From Horticoccus luteus (lineage in GTDB: Bacteria > Verrucomicrobiota > Verrucomicrobiia > Opitutales > Opitutaceae): a DNA stretch of 32,000 bases. The stretch lies in contig NZ_CP080507.1 in assembly GCF_019464535.1 (NCBI RefSeq), forward strand, positions 990,001-1,022,000, in the 5' to 3' direction. Shown in pieces: positions 7,877-15,178 of this stretch. Made by a program: the position numbers and the translations under genes. Numbering within the stretch: position 1 is the stretch's first letter; each line of letters starts with the position of its first letter. The notes beneath the pieces were generated by a model. It searched no databases, was not told the origin of the DNA, and saw nothing but the letters and a program-made list of their open reading frames with translations.

Positions 7877-9760
7877 TTAGCGTTCTCGCCCTGCAGGGGA
7901 CGCCAGTGCGTAATAGCGAGCGAGAGGGCGAAGGGGCGGCCGCACGGCTGGCTGCGAGGATTTCAAGCGGAGGGTCCCCCCTTCGACGGCAGCTGTCCCC
8001 TGCCAGCGCGTCCACCCGGTCGCGGTTCGCTCCAATACGATCACGTTGCCATCCTGGGGCTGCTGTTCGGCGGATTTTGGAAGCATGAAATAGTCGGTCG
8101 GCTTCCATTGAAAATGCCCGTCACGGAGGCTGATGGTTTCGGCGAGCGTGGGCGCGCACAGGATCACAGACGGCGGAATTTGTAGCGGAGATCGCGCGGG
8201 CCGGTCGCTCGCTGAAGCGACAACGGCGTTGTAGTCGTAAAGCGCGCCCGGGGTGATTTCAGAGGTCCAACTGAAGCAATCGGTGTAGCGAAAGTGTGGT
8301 AATTTGCGATCGACCACGACGACGAAGGTGCGCTCGCCGGCATCTTCGCAGAGTTGGTCAAAAGCGCGCCAAAACGTCTTTTGGAAGCGCCAGACCCCGC
8401 AGTAATCCTGTTGCACGATCGACCCAAATGCCGCCAACGACCCAAGCGTTGCGCCCAGCAGTATCCGCAGGGCGAACTGCGCACCTCGCCAATTGACAAG
8501 AGTCATTCGGTCCACGGCAAAGCCGATGCACAAAGCACCTCCTGCGCTGGGCACGCAATGCAATCCTGACATGAAGCCCGTGCTCCATGTGCCGGGGAAC
8601 CAAGGGGCCCGAAAGAAAGAGGCGTAGGCACCCGCCAACACGAGCGCACCGGCGACGAATACCCGCCAAGACCCAAGCTTAACTGCGGCGCCGTTGGGCG
8701 CAGTCGGAACTTGCACGGGCGACGAGTTCTTGGGCCGAATTAGGCGATGGCCGAACTGGAATAAAAGAGTGACAGCGCTCCCAACCGCGAGAAAAACCAC
8801 GACGGACTCACCGCTAACATGATGCCACGGCACCATGATTCTTTCTCCAATGAGTTTAAATTGGGTGACCGTGCCGGTCCCTGCGGCCATCAACGCCCGC
8901 CGTGCGACTTCCGCCGGGTGTCCGAACAATTCTCCGACCCGTTCTTGCCCCCAAGGATCGCCAATTCGAACGCGCAATACCAGGACTGTGGCAACGGACC
9001 CGATCCAGAGAAGAATTGTCCGCAACGGATATCCCATCCACTGTCGTTTCCGCCATTCGAGAGTTAATGCAAACGGCAGGAGTAGCGCCGCAACACTTGC
9101 TGGTTCGCCCATCAATGTCGTCACGACCACTCCGGCTACATACCAAAGCCATCGGCCGTGAATCGCTGCGAATGCGCTAAGTAATGCGCAAAGCAACGAT
9201 ATTTGTGTATTATACGCAAAAACAAGCTGTGCCTGTACAACGGCGACGGGCGCAAGTGCGTAGAACGCAGCGACGCCATAGACGCCGGCGAGAGAGAGAA
9301 ATCGGTTCGACAACCGTGCCAAAAGGTAACCGTTGGTGGCAAAAACAACTAATCCGAAGAGATGCAGGGCGAGCAGGCCGCCCGACTTTCCCACCAAGTA
9401 GGGTAGCAGGCTGAGATTGAGCCCCATCCCCAGAGGCCGTCCTTGAGGCCATTTTGTGAAACAAAAATTAACCCAAGCCCATTCCTCACCCCAAGGGCGG
9501 TTAAGCGCAGTGCCAATAAATGCGACGTCGTCGCCGTATAGACCAAAACCGGCGACATGAGTGAAATACCCGGCCCAGGCAATAAGCGCTGTGAAGACCC
9601 AAAGTGGCCAACCTATAACTTGACCGGCACACACGAGGGGCCGCAATTTTTGGAGCATTTTTTGTCCTGAAGCGTTGCCCGTAGCGGACATCGTAAATGG
9701 CGTTGGAGGGACTAAGGTGCGTCGCTTAACGCGCTGAGCTGCGTTGCGGCCAGCCGACAT
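7877..9760 (-). CDS. Polytopic membrane protein, GT-C-like (ArnT/PMT-style) glycosyltransferase candidate with a C-terminal soluble domain
   Basis: About 11-12 predicted TM helices in the first ~440 aa. An acidic motif (LYGDDVAFIG) sits in the first extracytoplasmic loop, as in GT-C enzymes. A ~170-190 aa non-hydrophobic C-terminal domain follows. It lies directly upstream of an ArnC-like GT2. I recognise no specific family. Alternative starts at ATG 9691 or 9658 would remove the 35-nt overlap with the methyltransferase gene. Confidence 0.5.
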   Translation of the reverse strand: MSAGRNAAQRVKRRTLVPPTPFTMSATGNASGQKMLQKLRPLVCAGQVIGWPLWVFTALIAWAGYFTHVAGFGLYGDDVAFIGTALNRPWGEEWAWVNFCFTKWPQGRPLGMGLNLSLLPYLVGKSGGLLALHLFGLVVFATNGYLLARLSNRFLSLAGVYGVAAFYALAPVAVVQAQLVFAYNTQISLLCALLSAFAAIHGRWLWYVAGVVVTTLMGEPASVAALLLPFALTLEWRKRQWMGYPLRTILLWIGSVATVLVLRVRIGDPWGQERVGELFGHPAEVARRALMAAGTGTVTQFKLIGERIMVPWHHVSGESVVVFLAVGSAVTLLFQFGHRLIRPKNSSPVQVPTAPNGAAVKLGSWRVFVAGALVLAGAYASFFRAPWFPGTWSTGFMSGLHCVPSAGGALCIGFAVDRMTLVNWRGAQFALRILLGATLGSLAAFGSIVQQDYCGVWRFQKTFWRAFDQLCEDAGERTFVVVVDRKLPHFRYTDCFSWTSEITPGALYDYNAVVASASDRPARSPLQIPPSVILCAPTLAETISLRDGHFQWKPTDYFMLPKSAEQQPQDGNVIVLERTATGWTRWQGTAAVEGGTLRLKSSQPAVRPPLRPLARYYALASPAGRER

Positions 9761-10475
9761 TTATCGAAAATGGCCGTCCGAATTCCGAATAGTCGTCTTT
9801 CGTTATCGGTTTCCAATTGGAGTCGTAGGCTTGTTGCGACATGACGTAGCAATTCGCGTCGTTTTGGATGGTGCTGATTGCTGTTTCGAGAGTGTCGGCT
9901 GAAATCTGGGAATAGAGATACGGGACCAAACCGTTGATCCAGGACGTCCCGCCGGGGCGGAGAATGGCGTCGAAGCAGTGGAGCGAGTAGCCACCTGGCT
10001 TCAGGACCCGATTCATGTCTTTGAGGATATTCTCCCGGATGGTCGGGTCTTCCGGAGTGTGCTCGAGCGCAGAAATGGAAAACACGAAATCGAAGTAGCC
10101 GTCCGACAGCTCGGGACTGAACGAGCCCATGTAGTCGTAAACGATGCGATAGTCGGGCGAGATAAATTTCGTCGGGCCATTACCGAGACCCTCGCATTTG
10201 TCCGCGTTCCAGCATTCGTAATCACGAGAGAGGAATCGCAGAACACGGCTGTCGCCGCCGCCAACTTCCAGGAGGCGTGATCCCGGCGGTACATTATTGC
10301 GGATGAAAAGATATACGAGATAGTCCTGATAGACTTTCAGGTCGCAAATCGTGGGATCCGGATCGCCGACGTTGTAGGACTGAAAGGGTAGATCGCGGAA
10401 GAGTTCGAAGTGGGACAGCTTCGAAAATGAGAATTCGGCGAGATTGCCGGGATGCGGCCATTGCGGATTGTTCAT
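9726..10475 (-). CDS. Class I SAM-dependent methyltransferase
   Basis: Motif I RLLEVGGGDSRVL, acidic post-I residue (WNAD), FDFVFSISALEH and LKPGGYSLHCF. ATGA overlap with the upstream glycosyltransferase stop (10472..10475). Confidence 0.8.
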   Translation of the reverse strand: MNNPQWPHPGNLAEFSFSKLSHFELFRDLPFQSYNVGDPDPTICDLKVYQDYLVYLFIRNNVPPGSRLLEVGGGDSRVLRFLSRDYECWNADKCEGLGNGPTKFISPDYRIVYDYMGSFSPELSDGYFDFVFSISALEHTPEDPTIRENILKDMNRVLKPGGYSLHCFDAILRPGGTSWINGLVPYLYSQISADTLETAISTIQNDANCYVMSQQAYDSNWKPITKDDYSEFGRPFSINVGWPQRSSAR

Positions 10476-11536
10476 GTCGAAGAAACGGCGCGGCTCTCAT
10501 TGGCGCTGGCTTGGGCGAGGGCGCGCGTGGCAGCGAGGAGTTGGCGGCGCTTGTCGGCGACCTCGCGTTCGAGTTCGTGCAGGCGGCGATCCTTGCGCAG
10601 GAGTTCGGCGCGAGCGTGGCCGAGTTTGCCCTCGGGCGAGAGAACCTGCTCGACCCACCACGTTTGGTGCAACGACTCCAGAAAACGGAGAAAGAAGATG
10701 ATGTCGTCGACGACCGGATTCGGTTCGAGGGGAATCGTTTCGTGCGGCGGGATCCGGAGAGGTGCGACGGGGAGATTAGCCATCGGGCTCTCGAAATTCG
10801 TATGCGTGGCCTCCGGCCCGTAGCCGAGGTTGGAGATAAGATTTCGGCCCGGCATGACGTGACAGGCGCCGGCTCTCCAAGAATGAAAAAAGACTTGGAA
10901 ATCCCACGTGTCGAAGACTCCGGCTTTGAGCGCACGGTAGACTTCGCGCCAATAGGCCGCCTGCACTGGGTTCGCGTGAGTGCGCTCCAAGACCGACCAC
11001 CAACCCGCTTCGTCAAGTTCGTCCAGGGAGTGCGAATACGTGGTCCAGGTGCGGCGCCATGTGGCCCAGCCCCACATCTGGAAATATTTGGAAACGTAGT
11101 GGCTTTGCGTGCAGGCAAATTCGGGAGGGAGAAAATGAGTGCCCGCGATCGTCGCCACGCGGGGTTCAAAACGATAACGTTGAAGAAGTGTTTCGCAGTA
11201 AGAGAAAAAGTCCGGGTGCGGAAGACAGTCGTCCTCCAAGATGATGCCTTCCTCGACGTGGCTGAAAAACCAGGAGATGGCCTCGCTGACCGCTCGCCCG
11301 CAGCCCGCATTGTGATCGCGAAACAGGTACTTCACTTCGCACGGCCAGTCTATGTCGGCGATGATTGCGCGCGTGGCTTTGACCAAGTCAGCTTCGCCTG
11401 CTTTGTCGTCGCGGGCGCCATCAGCGGCGACAAATAGTTGCCGCGGCTGCTGGGCACGAATGGAGGCAAAGACCTGCCGCGTAGGTGCCGGGCGGTTGAA
11501 GATGATGAAAAGGATTGGCGTGCTGAACTCCGACAT
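10472..11536 (-). CDS. GT-A fold nucleotide-diphospho-sugar glycosyltransferase (GnT-I/GT2-like) with a C-terminal coiled-coil tail
   Basis: The N-terminus PILFIIFNRPAPTRQVF...LFVAADGARDD and the motif GIILEDDCLPHPDFF are typical of this GT-A group. The last ~60 aa (AELLRKDRRLHELEREVADKRRQLLAATRAL) are heptad-like and charged. Confidence 0.6.
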   Translation of the reverse strand: MSEFSTPILFIIFNRPAPTRQVFASIRAQQPRQLFVAADGARDDKAGEADLVKATRAIIADIDWPCEVKYLFRDHNAGCGRAVSEAISWFFSHVEEGIILEDDCLPHPDFFSYCETLLQRYRFEPRVATIAGTHFLPPEFACTQSHYVSKYFQMWGWATWRRTWTTYSHSLDELDEAGWWSVLERTHANPVQAAYWREVYRALKAGVFDTWDFQVFFHSWRAGACHVMPGRNLISNLGYGPEATHTNFESPMANLPVAPLRIPPHETIPLEPNPVVDDIIFFLRFLESLHQTWWVEQVLSPEGKLGHARAELLRKDRRLHELEREVADKRRQLLAATRALAQASANESRAVSST

Positions 11537-11610
11537 GAGCCGCTTTCACTCCAAGAAGCGGGTCCGGTGAATGCAAGCGGCTTCAATCGAACGTGCAGCC
11601 GGCAGCCAAC

Positions 11611-13566
11611 TTATCCGCGCAGCCACGCCCGCAGTCGGTTGAAGACGCTTAGTGCAGAGGGAGCAGGAGGTGCCGACCACGCGAGTAAGAGGGCGACGGG
11701 GCGGCCGAAGTCGTCGTAAGGCCGCTTAGTCACCGCGGCCCATTGCAGATCGTACGCTTTGCGGCTCATAGTATAGAGATCCGGATCTGCCAAAAGCGAA
11801 TCCAGCTCCCATGAAGCTAATCCGAAGGCGTCGCGAAGAAAGGCGGCGGCGGGACCTGTCCAAAAATAGTCCGGATGAATGACGGCTGTTGCGCCATGAA
11901 GATTGAGGCCGCCGGGTTTGATGTGTCGTTTCAAACGCGCGACCAAGCAGGCCAGTTGTTCCGCCGTCGTCACTTGGTCGAGCCACGATCCGCTGAGGAT
12001 CGCGTCAAATTTCTCGGGGACGCCGGATGAAGGGGTGGCGGCACCGAGTGCTTCGATCGCGTGGAAGTTTTCGCGATCAACAAGCCAGTCGTTGGTGTTG
12101 GCGGGATGCCACAAACGGTGCCCGCGATTCAACAGGTGCGTCCAGTGGCCGGCCGCGTCGTCAAGAATAAGGAAATCGCCGGGCGTGCGCGTCGCAGTCA
12201 GCGCGCCCGTGGCAACCGCGGCGCGCAAAAATACCCCGAGCTCGATTTCTTCCAGGGATGGCAGGGCCATCCCCTGAGCCACCGCCCACCCGTGATGACG
12301 ATTGCGAAGATGAACCAAGGCGAGAGGTGCGGGCGTATCATTTGCTGGCGAAGGGCGCGTCCAAGGCGACGTCGCAAAGGGCTCGATACGTTCGAGCCAG
12401 CCAGGAGGAAACGTTTCGGGAGGAAACGCAGCATGGAAAGGGGCCGGTGCTGACGTGCCTTTGGCGAGCGATGACCAAATCCATTCGCCGGCGTCAGGAA
12501 GCACCAAAGCCGGCGACCAATGGCGGATCGCTTGCTGGATTTTTCGGCGAACGGCGGCGTTCGTGAGCGCCTGAATCGTTTGGATCAGTGCGTGCGGTTG
12601 ATAGGCGCAGCATTGGCCCGTGCCCAAGCGGCAAAGAAAGCGGCCGGCGGCTGTATCGGGACTGCCGAGTAGCAACACGGGCGTATCGGTGGCCGTGTGG
12701 AGGAAGACCAACCGGGACGGCAGGCTTAAATGAGAAAACGCGGGGTTATCATCGTGTTGATCAAGGCTGCCGGAGGGGACGACGATGAAAGGATAGGAGG
12801 CGAGCGCCGCGATGAGATCTTCTTCGGGGAGGAATCCCATGGTGCGAATGTGGTCGACCTCCCATTCTTCGGGCGCGCCGGTCAGCCAGGGGGCTTGGGT
12901 TCCGTTGCCATACCAATCGATATGCAGCCCCGTGGCGCGCGTGAGCTCGCGCAATTGATCGAACCGCGCGGCCGTCCAGACGTTCCCCAGCATGGCCGCG
13001 CGCAGCGGCTCGCCAGGCTCAGTTTCCCAATAGCAGGGGATGAGTGGAACCGCTTTTGTGACGACGGGGGGCAGCAACTCCAGCGGATACGAGAAACGCC
13101 GAGCGTAGGCAGCGCAGAGTTCGGGTGAGATACCCAGCCGCAAGTCGGAGGAGGCGAGTAACCGAGCAGGCCAGTGCGCGGGCACCTGCGGCGTGAAGAC
13201 GGTCTGGTCATCCATGATGAACGTGCAGAGCGGCGCTCCGGTGAGTTCTTTTGCCAGGATGCCGTGAATGAAATCCTCCCGATAGTAAGGCACGCAAAGA
13301 ATGCGCCGGATGCGGCGGCCAGCGAGAAGGTCGGCGAGCCGGCTTCGCGTGTCAGGGACGGTCCGAAACTGCGAACGCAGCTCCCAGTGCTCTTGGCCAA
13401 AGGATTCCTGGCCGCCGTAGAGTGAGCGGGAACGAAGGGTGATGATGCCGGAAGAGTCCGGAAAAAACCGTTGGAGAAGAATGCCAACGCCGTGATGGTT
13501 GTTTACCTCGACGGCGCTGATGAGCAGGTCAGGCGAGTCCATTACAGCGCGGGGCGCAATGGACAC
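11611..13566 (-). CDS. Two-domain protein: N-terminal GT-B-like glycosyltransferase candidate fused to a C-terminal methyltransferase-like domain
   Basis: The segment aa ~240-305 (FLPEEDLIAALASYPFIVVPS...LPSRLVFLHTATDTPVLLLGS) resembles the C-terminal Rossmann half of GT4-type enzymes. The segment aa ~420-632 is paralogous to the 9726..10475 methyltransferase. PGDFLILDDAAGH aligns with PGSRLLEVGGGDS. IKPGGLNLHG aligns with LKPGGYSLHC. YTMSRKAYDLQWAAVTKRPYDDFGRP aligns with YVMSQQAYDSNWKPITKDDYSEFGRP. Confidence 0.5.
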   Translation of the reverse strand: MSIAPRAVMDSPDLLISAVEVNNHHGVGILLQRFFPDSSGIITLRSRSLYGGQESFGQEHWELRSQFRTVPDTRSRLADLLAGRRIRRILCVPYYREDFIHGILAKELTGAPLCTFIMDDQTVFTPQVPAHWPARLLASSDLRLGISPELCAAYARRFSYPLELLPPVVTKAVPLIPCYWETEPGEPLRAAMLGNVWTAARFDQLRELTRATGLHIDWYGNGTQAPWLTGAPEEWEVDHIRTMGFLPEEDLIAALASYPFIVVPSGSLDQHDDNPAFSHLSLPSRLVFLHTATDTPVLLLGSPDTAAGRFLCRLGTGQCCAYQPHALIQTIQALTNAAVRRKIQQAIRHWSPALVLPDAGEWIWSSLAKGTSAPAPFHAAFPPETFPPGWLERIEPFATSPWTRPSPANDTPAPLALVHLRNRHHGWAVAQGMALPSLEEIELGVFLRAAVATGALTATRTPGDFLILDDAAGHWTHLLNRGHRLWHPANTNDWLVDRENFHAIEALGAATPSSGVPEKFDAILSGSWLDQVTTAEQLACLVARLKRHIKPGGLNLHGATAVIHPDYFWTGPAAAFLRDAFGLASWELDSLLADPDLYTMSRKAYDLQWAAVTKRPYDDFGRPVALLLAWSAPPAPSALSVFNRLRAWLRG

Positions 13567-13569
13567 GCT

Positions 13570-15060
13570 TTAGCGAGCCTTGGTCAACTCATTGCGTTGC
13601 ACTTCCAACGTGCGGATATGTTCCGCTTGTTCGCGGGAGACATTTTGGAGTCGGCTGACTTCCCGTTGGGTTTCGGCGAGATGACGTTCAAGCCGCTCCC
13701 GCTCATTCTGCAAAGTGGTGATGAACGCCGTCTGTTCGGCGATGATTTCATCCTGGCGCGCCACGCGCGTGCGCAGTTGGACGAGGGGACCTTCGGCGGA
13801 GGTCAGCTCATCGCGTTGCGTTTCCAATGATCGGATATAGCGCAGTTGTTCGTCGCCGACGGCGGCCTGCCGATCCGTTTCCTGACGGAGCTCAGCCAGA
13901 TAGGTTTCCAGTTGTTGGCGCTGCGCCTGCAAATTTGTGATCAGAGCCGATTGTTCGGCGACGGTCTGATCGGCGCCTGCGGCGTGCGTCCGCAACCGAC
14001 CGATCCAGCCAGTCGCGGACTGAGCGTTCTCGAATTCGGCGATATAGTCGCGTTGCTGGCTGACGGTTGCGGCGAGTTGGTGCACCTGTTGGTTGAGCGC
14101 GTTGACATCGTTTTGTGCGCGGCCTCCGGATTCCCGGAGCGCCGCGATGAGGGAGTTCTGCTCCCCCAGCAAGCGGGTCACGCGGGCCAGTTCGCCGTCG
14201 AAATCGTCGCGTGAAAAAAGCCCCGCTTGAAACTCCGAAATTTTGCGCCGGATCAATTCGCGATCATCGGCGTCAGAAAATGCGGGCTCGGCCTCAAGAA
14301 GCCGGAAGCGGACGATGAGCTCGACGAGCTGATGAGCCTGGCGCTCGCGGCTCCAGATGCCGCCGCCGTGCCGGCGATAGGCGGCCATGTTACGATCCAG
14401 AAAGTAGAGCGGGCCGTGGCTGGCCAGATGAAGATCCAAGAAGAGATCACATGGCCGCCGAAGAAACCAGTCGGGCAGCGGATCGTAACGATCGCGACGA
14501 AACACGAGCGAGCAGGTGGGTTCCTGCGAAAGGAGCGTGTCGAGCACATCGCGTCGTGTGAAGGTGGTCTGGGCCGACTGAAAATAGCTCTCGGAGAGGA
14601 CGCGACCATCAGCGTCGACCAAGCGGGCGTTGTGGAAGCAAGCGCTGCACTCCGGGTGTCGGCGGAGAATTTCAATTTGCGCTTCCAGCTTGTCGGCTTC
14701 GATCCAAAAGTCGTCACCTTCACAAAGGGCGACGAATTCGCCGCGACTTTCGCGGCCGAGCAGGCGGAGAGGAGAGAGGCCTGCGCTCCATTGGTTTTGG
14801 GTCTGAAGAATCGGTCGGATGATGTTTGGATAACGGGCCGCATAGTCGCGGATGATGGCTTGGGTGTCATCGGTGGACGCATCGTCGTGGATGATGATCT
14901 CCACCGGGAAGGTGGTTGCTTGGCGCAGGAAGCCTTCGAGACATTCCGACAAGAACGCCGCGTGGTTGAAGGTCACGCAAAACACGGTCACGACCGGCGG
15001 TGTGCCCGCCGGCCAGGTTTGTTGAGCGAGCGGTAGAGGGCGGAGAGTGGTCGACGTCAC
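13570..15060 (-). CDS. GT2 glycosyltransferase with a long C-terminal coiled-coil extension
   Basis: GT2 core: VVTVFCVTFNHAAFLSECLEGFLRQ, IIIHDDASTDDT, ALCEGDDFW. The ~200 C-terminal aa are Q/E/R/L-rich and heptad-like, and contain an internal duplication (see the repeat feature). Confidence 0.85.
   Translation of the reverse strand: MTSTTLRPLPLAQQTWPAGTPPVVTVFCVTFNHAAFLSECLEGFLRQATTFPVEIIIHDDASTDDTQAIIRDYAARYPNIIRPILQTQNQWSAGLSPLRLLGRESRGEFVALCEGDDFWIEADKLEAQIEILRRHPECSACFHNARLVDADGRVLSESYFQSAQTTFTRRDVLDTLLSQEPTCSLVFRRDRYDPLPDWFLRRPCDLFLDLHLASHGPLYFLDRNMAAYRRHGGGIWSRERQAHQLVELIVRFRLLEAEPAFSDADDRELIRRKISEFQAGLFSRDDFDGELARVTRLLGEQNSLIAALRESGGRAQNDVNALNQQVHQLAATVSQQRDYIAEFENAQSATGWIGRLRTHAAGADQTVAEQSALITNLQAQRQQLETYLAELRQETDRQAAVGDEQLRYIRSLETQRDELTSAEGPLVQLRTRVARQDEIIAEQTAFITTLQNERERLERHLAETQREVSRLQNVSREQAEHIRTLEVQRNELTKAR
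13582..13998 (-). repeat. Internal tandem duplication (two 66-aa units with a 7-aa linker) inside the coiled-coil tail of the GT2
   Basis: Unit 1 (13801..13998) is RLRTHAAGADQTVAEQSALITNLQAQRQQLETYLAELRQETDRQAAVGDEQLRYIRSLETQRDELT. Unit 2 (13582..13779) is QLRTRVARQDEIIAEQTAFITTLQNERERLERHLAETQREVSRLQNVSREQAEHIRTLEVQRNELT. They align without gaps, with roughly 45% identity counted by hand. Confidence 0.7.
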
Positions 15061-15178
15061 TTGCGGTGCAGCACTACAGCGGATTACGGAAAGTAAAGCA
15101 GGCCTTTTCGAAGGAGAAGTTGGGGGCAGAATTGGAATCAGCCTTGGCCAGACCGGGCCGAGGCGTTTAAGTTGCGCG
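15061..15178. promoter_or_regulatory. Divergent intergenic region that must carry the promoter(s) for the 15060->82 minus-strand operon and for the plus-strand acyltransferase
   Basis: 118-nt gap between divergently oriented start codons (15060 minus, 15179 plus). Only weak sigma70-like hexamers are seen (TTGGCC - 17 nt - TTAAGT, ending 8 nt before the ATG). No confident -35/-10 assignment. Confidence 0.4.

Noticed and set aside
10294-11437. ORFs 10294..11310 (-, 338 aa) and 10427..11437 (+, 336 aa) overlapping the glycosyltransferase gene
   Set aside because: Only the 10472..11536 frame shows a GT-A fold signature (FIIFNRP, ILEDDC). The others are Arg/Ser/Pro-rich alternative-frame or antisense artefacts.
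15047-15178. 5' extension of the LbH acyltransferase ORF to 15047
   Set aside because: It overlaps the divergent GT2 start codon. The hexapeptide-repeat protein aligns naturally from MHYTDEEL at 15179.
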